From Elusimicrobiota bacterium (lineage in GTDB: Bacteria; Elusimicrobiota; Elusimicrobia; F11), in NCBI GenBank assembly GCA_046153645.1, contig JBJXGI010000100.1, forward strand, positions 1-15,802: DNA of 15,802 nt, read 5' to 3'. Below the pieces are notes generated by a model that did no database searches, was not told the DNA's origin, and saw nothing but the letters and a program-made list of their open reading frames with translations. The number at the start of each line of letters is the position of its first letter. Within the stretch, counting starts at the first letter, position 1. Shown here one piece after another: positions 1 to 7,538 of this stretch. Both the position numbers and the translations under genes were made by a program.

Positions 1-137
1 ATCACCATTTCGCATCTCAGATGCTCAAAGCTAAAGAAAAACTCTTTTCTTCTCTCGGTACAACTTGATTTCTACGACGCACGGCTTGATTCTTATTTGA
101 GGCTCATTCTTGGATTGGAATATGCTCTTAATGATAA

Positions 138-3100
138 TTATGCACTAATGAGCCTTTGGCGAACTTCGTTCCAATTTGGAAGGGCTGATGTCCCCATTTT
201 TACAGCCAGAAGAGTTTGAGTCACAAAATACACATATGTTTGCCGTTTAAGTTCAAATAGGTCACTGGGCTGAAGATTAAAGAAAGAAGAGGGCAAAACT
301 GTCCCCTCTATCATCAGAAAATTAACTTTTCCACTATTATTTTCTCTTAAAACAACCGAAGCGCGAGCTTTATTTACAAAGTTTAGTGCGGTTACATCCT
401 TATTTTCTATTACAAAACCAAGTCGGTTATTTTTGATAAGAACTTGAATTTCAGGATCTAATTTTAGTTTATCGATGATCGCTTTATTTTTACTTGATAA
501 ACCCAAAACTAATCTTTCTTGGGTGTTTTCTCCCATAAGACGTTCGTTAATAAGGGTTTTGGCTGAATCTTCGGTAGAAATCCACGCAACGCTTCCCCCA
601 ACATTGGGATCATCCACTGATGTTGGAATATCTTTTAAGGGTATGGGAGATCGGGATGAATCCAGGACAGGTTTACGAGCATAGACATAAACCCATTTTG
701 TGTCAGCATTGGTTTTTTCGCTGTCTTGAATTCCAGAAGAAATAATCTCAAATCCATTACGAGTCATAAGGTCATTTAAAGACGCCTCCGTATAAAGTTG
801 ATTAATGCTTTCTCCTGTTGGGTCCCATTGCAAGCCTTCTCCTTCTCTGGTTAGAACATAATAAACTCCACCAGGCTTAAGAATGCGGTAGGTTTCACTG
901 GCAGCACGATCAGCTCCCATTCCCGGAGTTCCATCCAAAAAGAAAAGCAGGGAGGCCCGACTTCTGATGGCATCATAAGAATTGTTAGAAATAGCAGATA
1001 AATCTACATCGACTCCTAGTACTTCTAATAAATTAATTGGTCCATTTAACCCAATGCCCCTGCTATCCCGTGCGGTTCTAACCAAGTTCTCCATTGATTT
1101 CTCCACTTGTGTTGCCTTAACAACTGAGGGTGCGTTTATTCTGATTATTCTTTCGATTAATTTGAGATCAAACAACATCGATTTCAATCGTTCTGGGTCA
1201 GGATGATTAATTGATCGTTCTTTTAGTGCAGCGACGCGTCGGTTTAATCCTAAAATAAATCTATCTCCAGCATGACTAAGGTCAAACAACTCACGTCCTA
1301 TATCCACATTGGATTTTCTAGAAGAAATTTTTGGACCATTTACCACTAACTTTCTCGCAATTCTCCTCAACGTTTTATGAGGAAGATTTTCTATTTCCTG
1401 CTCTAATAATACAGATGCTCGGCCATGAAAATAATGCTCTAATACAGCTGTTCGGCCATGAAAATAAGCTTCTGCTAAAGTTCTCTCTCCCACCAACTCA
1501 ATCAAGTCAATTATAGCGTCAACTTGTTTATGGTAATCATTCACTTCCAAACCATCAATAACGGTATCAGACGTATTTAATCGTTTATTAAAGTCGCGAA
1601 TATCTCGAGGTGAATGAGGCATCCCTCGATTAAGTAAATAAAATTTCAAACTAAGATATTCAGTCATACCTTCGTCAGCATCAACATGAGAAAAACCAAC
1701 AGAGTTTGCATGAAAATGTTCATGTACCAGCGTTTTAGATAATTGTGTCGCGCGTAATTCCCCCGGTAGAATAACTGCATTGAAAAATGAATAATAAAAA
1801 CCATTACTGTTCATTTTTTTCTTTGAGAAAATTACTTGAGGTCGTTTCATTTCTACACCTAATCTATTTAGGATCAATCCGAGACTACTCTGCATTGCAT
1901 AGATTTCAGCAGCTTCTCCAGGGTCCGCTAAGCGTGCATCCGTAATTATTTTTCGGATTCTTAATATTTCAATAACCAATTCCATAATAATATCGCGTGG
2001 TAAAAGCTTTAAGCCTCGGGCTTTCCATTCTATTTTTTTAATTGAAACATCTCCTGGCAAATCGAATATTTCTCGAAGTTGATCAACAATGTGTCGAAGC
2101 TGCTTGGAATTAATAAGCTGATTTTGGGTCGCTTCTAAGAGTTGGAGAACCTGGGTTCTTTCAGGAGCATCAATCAAAGCGAAATGAAATCTCATTTCGC
2201 GGGAGTAAATAAATCGATACTGAACTCTATATCCAAACCGAACAAAAGTTTTAAGCAAACTATTAATAATTGGAGATGAAAAATTTTTAAGAATAAATGG
2301 AAAAAGAATCAAATAAAACCCAAATATAATACTCGATGTAAGAATGCCGCGAACCAGAGTGAAATTCCATAACTGCCGAATTCGAATTGTAAAGAGTGAA
2401 AACACTGCGAAAGCAGACCAAGCCATATTACTTGAAATGAGCGCAACAATTGTAGCTACTAGAAGAATTTGCACGCCATAAGCGACTTTTTCGCTTGTGA
2501 TTCTCTCAACGTGAACTGCTTCATGTAATGGAACAAAGAAAATAGAAAGAAGGAAGTGTGCAAATAATCGAGTTACTTTATTTTTAGTAAGGAGAAAATA
2601 CAAAACAGGATTTACTTCATACTGAAATGTTTTTGGATTGTACTTAATCAAGCCAACCCGTGAAGGAACCGCGTAACGACCGAATAGATTTATAGGCGGA
2701 CCCGTGATTGAATAATTCCCCCGCTCACTTATTTTCTTGAAAACATAGGGCATTAAAAATAACCCGGCAACGAAAATCGGCAGAACAATGGCGAAATTTC
2801 CCATTGCCGCTGAAACAAATGAATTCGATTGAATAAAGCCAGCGGAAATATAAATACCTGTAGATATAATCCCAATTTTAATAAAGGCAGATAAAAAGTT
2901 TTTTAAACCCAAGTGATTATCACTTATCGTCATAGGTCTTTTACTGGGTTTCCCATCAATCTTGTTATCCCATGCGTCTTTATTATATAGATCATGACCT
3001 CTAATACCCCCCAACCAAAAGCCTATTATTGGGACAATAGGAGTTGCAGCAAGGAGTTTGAAACCAATAATTGTGTATTCCATTTGATTGGAGATAAAAC

Positions 3101-6100
3101 CAACAATGAAATAACCTAATGAAAAGACTGCAAGCGCCATGCTTATGTACAAGGCGTTCTCAAAACCTTGACGAGCTTTTTCCCAGACGAGTATTTGGCC
3201 TGATTTTAGATTTTCCCATTCTTTATCATCTTTCGGATCATGATGAGCTATAAAATCATTTGAAAAATGTGCTAAAGATTCCCATTTACCCGCAAAATAT
3301 CTTGAAATAAATTCATTAGATGGGTTAAATAACACACGGCCAAAGAAATAAATAATTGGAGTAGCGACAAATAAGCCCTGAATAAAATAATTTGGATTAA
3401 TAAAGAAATAAATAATAACTGGTAAGAAAAAGATACCAACTCCGATTAAACGGAAGAATACATGACCAACTATATAGGTTGTCCACAGAGTTAAAGGTTT
3501 TTTATCTCCGGGTTTTCCTTCAAATTGAGGCTTATCGATATTTGAAATACCAAATGATTTAATCTCTGAATTAATTCCTTTTTCTTCTTTCTTTTGGAAA
3601 AGCGCTTTGACCTGAGGACTGGCGTCTTTAATAATAATTCCAATAGCATCTTCCACATACATAAAAATTTTAATAGCTGGTGCAAGTCTCGGATCGTTTC
3701 TTTTTTTCCAGATCGTAGAGAGTATCATTCCATCTAAAACAGGTAATGTTTCCAAAATTCCTAAAGGGGATTGAAGTGTTTGATTGGCTATTCCAGTTAA
3801 TTGCTGAAGATATTCATTTGTTAAGTTATTCGAATCGTGGTCCAAGATACTTTGAAAAACTTTTTTTTGATCAGGACTTATAAGTGAAAGCCCATATAAA
3901 ATCATGCCTCGAGCATTGTTTCGTGATGTTTGTTTTTGATTTTCTCTATCGGTTGCATCTTGAGGGACTGAGAGGCGATTGTCAATCTCATCAGGTATTG
4001 TTGGGTTTTTAAATTGGGCCACCCATTCTTCTAGCGATATGCCTTCTATTTCTGAAATCTTTCGGCCTACCAACCGGCGAACCTCTGTCTCCGGGTGTGA
4101 TAATGATAAAAAGATGGCTTGTTTTCTTTTTTCTGAAGGGGCTGATTCCAGCACAACTCTGATGGCGAGGACCGCTTGAGCAGCATTTTGATCACGACCT
4201 TGAAGAGCACTAATACTATCATCTAAGTTTTGATAGGGGTTGGGTTGAGTTTTAGGTTGAGTTTTTTCTACTGGTTCCTTAGTCGATTTAGGAATATCTG
4301 ATCTTTTTCTAAAATCATTTCTATCATGAAACCATTGAATAAGTATCAAAGGTATAATCAAAAACAAATAAGCAAGATCATTATTATAACCTGCCAATAA
4401 AATAGCTGTGGGGTAAATAGATATTAAAAGACTTAAGATTCCTATTTGCCGATAAGAACTCCATTCATGCTCGAAGAACAAAAATGACAAAGAGGTGATT
4501 ATTTGAAAAATGAGAATGCTATTAAACCAGATTGCCGAATTCCAAACATAAGGGATAAATAGTGCGCCCCATACCCCCAATCGAATCCCTTCTACAAAAA
4601 CCGTAAAAGTAGATTCAGGCCCTGGTGCTTTCCTCCCACTCCATTTCTTCCAAAGCCATTTTGTGAACCGAGATTGAGCCGCCTTAGAAAGGTTAGGTTT
4701 TTTTGGAGTTTCATCACTAATTTTCAATATGACAACTCCGTTATCATTTTTTCCCCAAACTACTTTAACTTTAGCCTGGCCAGGTTTATGAGCATTAGTA
4801 ACATCTACATCAGTTTCATTAGGTTCATTAGGTTCATTAGTATTATCAGAAATTGTTTGTGGATCTAATGATAATTCTCCTTCGAATTCAGGAAGAATAG
4901 AGCGAATCAATTCCGGATTACCGTCAATTGCGCATTTGGCAATAGCACCAGAAAGAACACCTTCAGTGGGATTTTTCGCAAGAAAAAGTTTCTCCCCCGA
5001 AAACAGATTTTCTAAAGGTGTTTTTTCTTGTGAAAAAGCGGTAAGGTAAGAGGAGCCGTTTTTAGTATCTATTTGAGTGACTTTCGGAATAAAATTAATA
5101 ACCGTAAAGCCAGCCTTTTCCATTTGCCCTGCTATCCCATGAGAGTGAAAGCCGCCAGTTACAAGAACAGAAGATTTCGAACGAGTTCTATTTATTTCTT
5201 TAATTAAATTATGAGACATCGCAAAATCGCGAGCTTCTGCTTCAAGATAGAATTTTTTGAAAGGGTCAAAATCAATCAAACTTCCCCACTGATAAGTCAT
5301 ATTTGTATGGGGTGTTAGTGACCTGTATTCTTTCCATTCTGTTTTTGTCAGAGAAAAATTAACCAACTTTCTCGATAAATAAAAATATTTTGATTCACGA
5401 ACGAGCTCTTGCTGTTTCCAAGTCTGAGCCAGTTTTTTATAAACATTCGATTCTGCCTGATTTACTTCGGTCAAAATACTTCCCACATCTAAAGAATCTG
5501 AAATAATTACATAAGAAAAATAATCATTTAAAGCTGAGTGGCTAAAAAGAGACACATTTTTTTTCTCACAAAAATTCTTTAAATGACTATAAAATTCTGC
5601 CTGGCGAATTCCCTGAGACCTAAAAGCAACACTTAAGTTAATAAATATCGTTTTTTCCTGCTCATTCATAACGCTTAATAGTTGACTTAAAAGCTGTGCA
5701 CGTTGACGCTCTATTTCTCGAAGGTTTAATTTTTTCTCCAAATCAAGTGCTTTTAAAAAGTGCTTTGTATTTTCAGATAACGCTGTTTCTTTTTCTAACA
5801 CACGAACGAATTCACCGAGAGAAATTGTTCCTTCGTGATAACCCATCGCTTGAATATCAAAGAGGTTTAACTTTGGCGGAAATTGAGTGGCTTTTTCATT
5901 TAGCAATTCGGTTTTCCATTGAGACAATTTCTTTTCAATAACTTCGCTTTCAACTTTGGAATTTTGGTAAGCAGACACGTTCGCGTTGTAGTGCACCATG
6001 TCATCAATACCAACAATTTTTGGCATCGGACGCGTACTTTTAAGTGCCGCATTGATAGGTCCGGAAATTTTGTTTTCATGGAGAAGGTAATCGGCAATTT

Positions 6101-6527
6101 TTTGAACCGTATCTTGCGGAGATGATTGACGGAATGGTTCCAAGTTGATCGGAGAAAATGCTCCCTCTAACGCGATGAGTTCAATGTTTTTATTTTCCAC
6201 CAAATCATGAATCGTATTGGCTATATTTTTCTGAGCTTCTTCATTTTGATGGATATCTTGGATGTGATAAATAATGCTTCGACTGTTTTTAGAGGAAACG
6301 GTTTCTTGCATACGGCCAAAGTGGGCAATAGGTGGGAGTTCAGGAACAATTGTCTTTTTTAGAAATGTGGAAATTGATTTTTGACGCTCTTTCCAAATAC
6401 TGCTTTCCTGGGCATGCCCCAAAACAACCTGCCCAAGAAAAAATATAGTAGTTAAAAAGAGATGAAAAGCCGTTTTCGCCCTAAAAAAAAGGCGAAATCT
6501 AAAAAGAAATAAATCTCGATTTCTCAT
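138..6527 (-). CDS. Giant (2129 aa) secreted/polytopic membrane multidomain protein: TraB/EreA/ChaN-like N-domain, CPBP-like TM modules, two HExxH metallopeptidase motifs, partial class I SAM methyltransferase
   Basis: Uninterrupted 6390-nt ORF. N-terminal basic + hydrophobic signal ending LGHA|QE. Motifs: QDIH (aa90-93), EGA (121), RDFAM (433), GGFH (458), HEAVH (1335), HEHFH (1602) + EGMTE (1619), LKPGG (1883). Many hydrophobic stretches in aa ~650-1420. CDS is confident; function is not. Confidence 0.9.
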   Translation of the reverse strand: MRNRDLFLFRFRLFFRAKTAFHLFLTTIFFLGQVVLGHAQESSIWKERQKSISTFLKKTIVPELPPIAHFGRMQETVSSKNSRSIIYHIQDIHQNEEAQKNIANTIHDLVENKNIELIALEGAFSPINLEPFRQSSPQDTVQKIADYLLHENKISGPINAALKSTRPMPKIVGIDDMVHYNANVSAYQNSKVESEVIEKKLSQWKTELLNEKATQFPPKLNLFDIQAMGYHEGTISLGEFVRVLEKETALSENTKHFLKALDLEKKLNLREIERQRAQLLSQLLSVMNEQEKTIFINLSVAFRSQGIRQAEFYSHLKNFCEKKNVSLFSHSALNDYFSYVIISDSLDVGSILTEVNQAESNVYKKLAQTWKQQELVRESKYFYLSRKLVNFSLTKTEWKEYRSLTPHTNMTYQWGSLIDFDPFKKFYLEAEARDFAMSHNLIKEINRTRSKSSVLVTGGFHSHGIAGQMEKAGFTVINFIPKVTQIDTKNGSSYLTAFSQEKTPLENLFSGEKLFLAKNPTEGVLSGAIAKCAIDGNPELIRSILPEFEGELSLDPQTISDNTNEPNEPNETDVDVTNAHKPGQAKVKVVWGKNDNGVVILKISDETPKKPNLSKAAQSRFTKWLWKKWSGRKAPGPESTFTVFVEGIRLGVWGALFIPYVWNSAIWFNSILIFQIITSLSFLFFEHEWSSYRQIGILSLLISIYPTAILLAGYNNDLAYLFLIIPLILIQWFHDRNDFRKRSDIPKSTKEPVEKTQPKTQPNPYQNLDDSISALQGRDQNAAQAVLAIRVVLESAPSEKRKQAIFLSLSHPETEVRRLVGRKISEIEGISLEEWVAQFKNPTIPDEIDNRLSVPQDATDRENQKQTSRNNARGMILYGLSLISPDQKKVFQSILDHDSNNLTNEYLQQLTGIANQTLQSPLGILETLPVLDGMILSTIWKKRNDPRLAPAIKIFMYVEDAIGIIIKDASPQVKALFQKKEEKGINSEIKSFGISNIDKPQFEGKPGDKKPLTLWTTYIVGHVFFRLIGVGIFFLPVIIYFFINPNYFIQGLFVATPIIYFFGRVLFNPSNEFISRYFAGKWESLAHFSNDFIAHHDPKDDKEWENLKSGQILVWEKARQGFENALYISMALAVFSLGYFIVGFISNQMEYTIIGFKLLAATPIVPIIGFWLGGIRGHDLYNKDAWDNKIDGKPSKRPMTISDNHLGLKNFLSAFIKIGIISTGIYISAGFIQSNSFVSAAMGNFAIVLPIFVAGLFLMPYVFKKISERGNYSITGPPINLFGRYAVPSRVGLIKYNPKTFQYEVNPVLYFLLTKNKVTRLFAHFLLSIFFVPLHEAVHVERITSEKVAYGVQILLVATIVALISSNMAWSAFAVFSLFTIRIRQLWNFTLVRGILTSSIIFGFYLILFPFILKNFSSPIINSLLKTFVRFGYRVQYRFIYSREMRFHFALIDAPERTQVLQLLEATQNQLINSKQLRHIVDQLREIFDLPGDVSIKKIEWKARGLKLLPRDIIMELVIEILRIRKIITDARLADPGEAAEIYAMQSSLGLILNRLGVEMKRPQVIFSKKKMNSNGFYYSFFNAVILPGELRATQLSKTLVHEHFHANSVGFSHVDADEGMTEYLSLKFYLLNRGMPHSPRDIRDFNKRLNTSDTVIDGLEVNDYHKQVDAIIDLIELVGERTLAEAYFHGRTAVLEHYFHGRASVLLEQEIENLPHKTLRRIARKLVVNGPKISSRKSNVDIGRELFDLSHAGDRFILGLNRRVAALKERSINHPDPERLKSMLFDLKLIERIIRINAPSVVKATQVEKSMENLVRTARDSRGIGLNGPINLLEVLGVDVDLSAISNNSYDAIRSRASLLFFLDGTPGMGADRAASETYRILKPGGVYYVLTREGEGLQWDPTGESINQLYTEASLNDLMTRNGFEIISSGIQDSEKTNADTKWVYVYARKPVLDSSRSPIPLKDIPTSVDDPNVGGSVAWISTEDSAKTLINERLMGENTQERLVLGLSSKNKAIIDKLKLDPEIQVLIKNNRLGFVIENKDVTALNFVNKARASVVLRENNSGKVNFLMIEGTVLPSSFFNLQPSDLFELKRQTYVYFVTQTLLAVKMGTSALPNWNEVRQRLISA
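1399..1467. repeat. Intragenic tandem duplication (~33-36 nt unit) encoding YFHGRTAVLEH/YFHGRASVLLE
   Basis: tcggccatgaaaataa at 1419-1434 and 1452-1467. 1407-1434 vs 1440-1467 differ at 2 of 28 nt. Confidence 0.9.
4243..4266. repeat. 12-bp tandem repeat x2 (KTQP-KTQP linker)
   Basis: ggttgagtttta ggttgagttttt. Confidence 0.7.
4815..4840. repeat. 9-bp tandem repeat x~3 (NEP-NEP-NE linker)
   Basis: ttcattagg ttcattagg ttcattag. Confidence 0.85.
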
Positions 6528-6534
6528 ATTAATA

Positions 6535-6578
6535 ATTGTAATGATTTAGCCTTAAGATTTCCTTAAGTTTAAGTTAAG
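6535..6578 (-). promoter_or_regulatory. Putative OmpR/PhoB-family (PmrA-box-like) activated promoter of the giant gene
   Basis: Minus strand reads CTTAAC-N5-CTTAAG-N5-CTTAAG (6578-6551), 10 nt, TACAAT (6540-6535), 7 nt, ATG (6527). Confidence 0.6.
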
Positions 6579-6766
6579 AAATAACTCAAGCGGGGCAACA
6601 AACAGTTGAGATATGAGAGAGTTTTTGAGTTAGATTAACGAGGTGTTTTTTATAGTTTGTTTTTAGTTACGTTCAGACACGAACAGATTCAATACGTTAA
6701 ATCAACAAAACTCACATCGGAGTTAATTAGAAATAAATCAGCAGAATATAGAAACGATGCGAAAAA

Positions 6767-7480
6767 TCAATCAAATCGTTCGAAGTGAATTTGTTCCTTA
6801 GGCACACCCAGGGAGGTTAGCTTTTCAACAACGGCATCAATCATTTTGACGAGTCCGCAGATGTAATAGTCTTTAGCGGCTGGCTGAGGAATGAAATTTT
6901 GAATTTTATCTTGAACGTACCCCTGTTCCCCTTTCCAGGTTGAGTCAGGCTTACTTAATGTATATTCAACATGAAACTTGGGGTTAGATAGTTGAAGTTG
7001 ATCCCATTCATTTTTATAAATAATGTCATCGGTAAAACGGTTTCCGTAAATGAGATAAATTTGTTGAGGTAACTTTTTAAATATCATTTCTTGAATCATG
7101 CTTCTAAAAGGGGCAATACCAGAACCCGTGGCAATAAACACAGCATCGCGAAGAATGGGATCAGGAAGTATAAACTTCCCTAAAGGACCTGTCATGGGAA
7201 TCGTTTGGCCTACTTTTAATCCGTGAAGAAATGGAGAAGAAATCCCCCCTTGAACCAAAGTTACGCAAAGCTCAAAAAAATTTTCGTATTGGGATGATGA
7301 GGCAATTGAATAAGAAGTTCGCCGTGGTTTTTCTGGTTGGGGAATATGAATTTGAACAAATTGTCCGGCTTTAAAATGAAGAGTTTTTCCAGCAGGAATT
7401 TTAAACTTGATCCCTTTGACTCGGGGAGTTAAATCAATTGTTTCTTCGACTATTACATCGTAGGTATCAAAAACTCGCAC
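6767..7480 (-). CDS. Ferredoxin-NADP reductase-like FAD/NAD(P)-binding oxidoreductase (no 2Fe-2S domain)
   Basis: Motifs FKAGQF, SYSIAS, GGISSPFL, GPLGKF, ATGSGIAPF, YICG, HFERF. Start moved from TTG 7519 to GTG 7480, which has AGGAG (7493-7489) 8 nt upstream; 7519 lies inside a terminator-like hairpin. Confidence 0.88.
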   Translation of the reverse strand: MRVFDTYDVIVEETIDLTPRVKGIKFKIPAGKTLHFKAGQFVQIHIPQPEKPRRTSYSIASSSQYENFFELCVTLVQGGISSPFLHGLKVGQTIPMTGPLGKFILPDPILRDAVFIATGSGIAPFRSMIQEMIFKKLPQQIYLIYGNRFTDDIIYKNEWDQLQLSNPKFHVEYTLSKPDSTWKGEQGYVQDKIQNFIPQPAAKDYYICGLVKMIDAVVEKLTSLGVPKEQIHFERFD

Positions 7481-7502
7481 AAGAAATGCTCCTATATTTG
7501 AT

Positions 7503-7532
7503 AAAAAAAAACCCGTCAACGACCCAACCGGG
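7503..7532 (-). terminator. Possible second intrinsic terminator downstream of csp
   Basis: Minus strand CCCG(G)UUGG-GUCG-UUGACGGG (imperfect, G:U-rich stem) followed by U9. Confidence 0.45.
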
Positions 7533-7538
7533 AAATTG

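Noticed and set aside
34..51. aagaaaa-actc-ttttctt hairpin as terminator of the giant gene
   Set aside because: Almost all A:U pairs; too weak to call.
1..219. Open + strand frames at the left edge (frame 1 to 219; frame 3 to 68)
   Set aside because: No recognisable protein; frame 1 overlaps the giant gene's 3' end. Cannot be supported without upstream sequence.
475..6125. Short ORFs (61-81 aa) on both strands inside the giant gene
   Set aside because: Antisense or out-of-frame shadows with no motifs or RBS.
6582..6714. Imperfect inverted repeats in the intergenic region (taactcaa/ttgagtta; gagtttt/aaaactc) as MITE or ncRNA
   Set aside because: Short, AT-rich and gapped; compatible with chance. 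No riboswitch or tRNA pattern recognised.
7481..7519. ORF-track N-terminal extension of the reductase (TTG 7519)
   Set aside because: Runs through a hairpin/U9 tract; GTG 7480 has a proper AGGAG.
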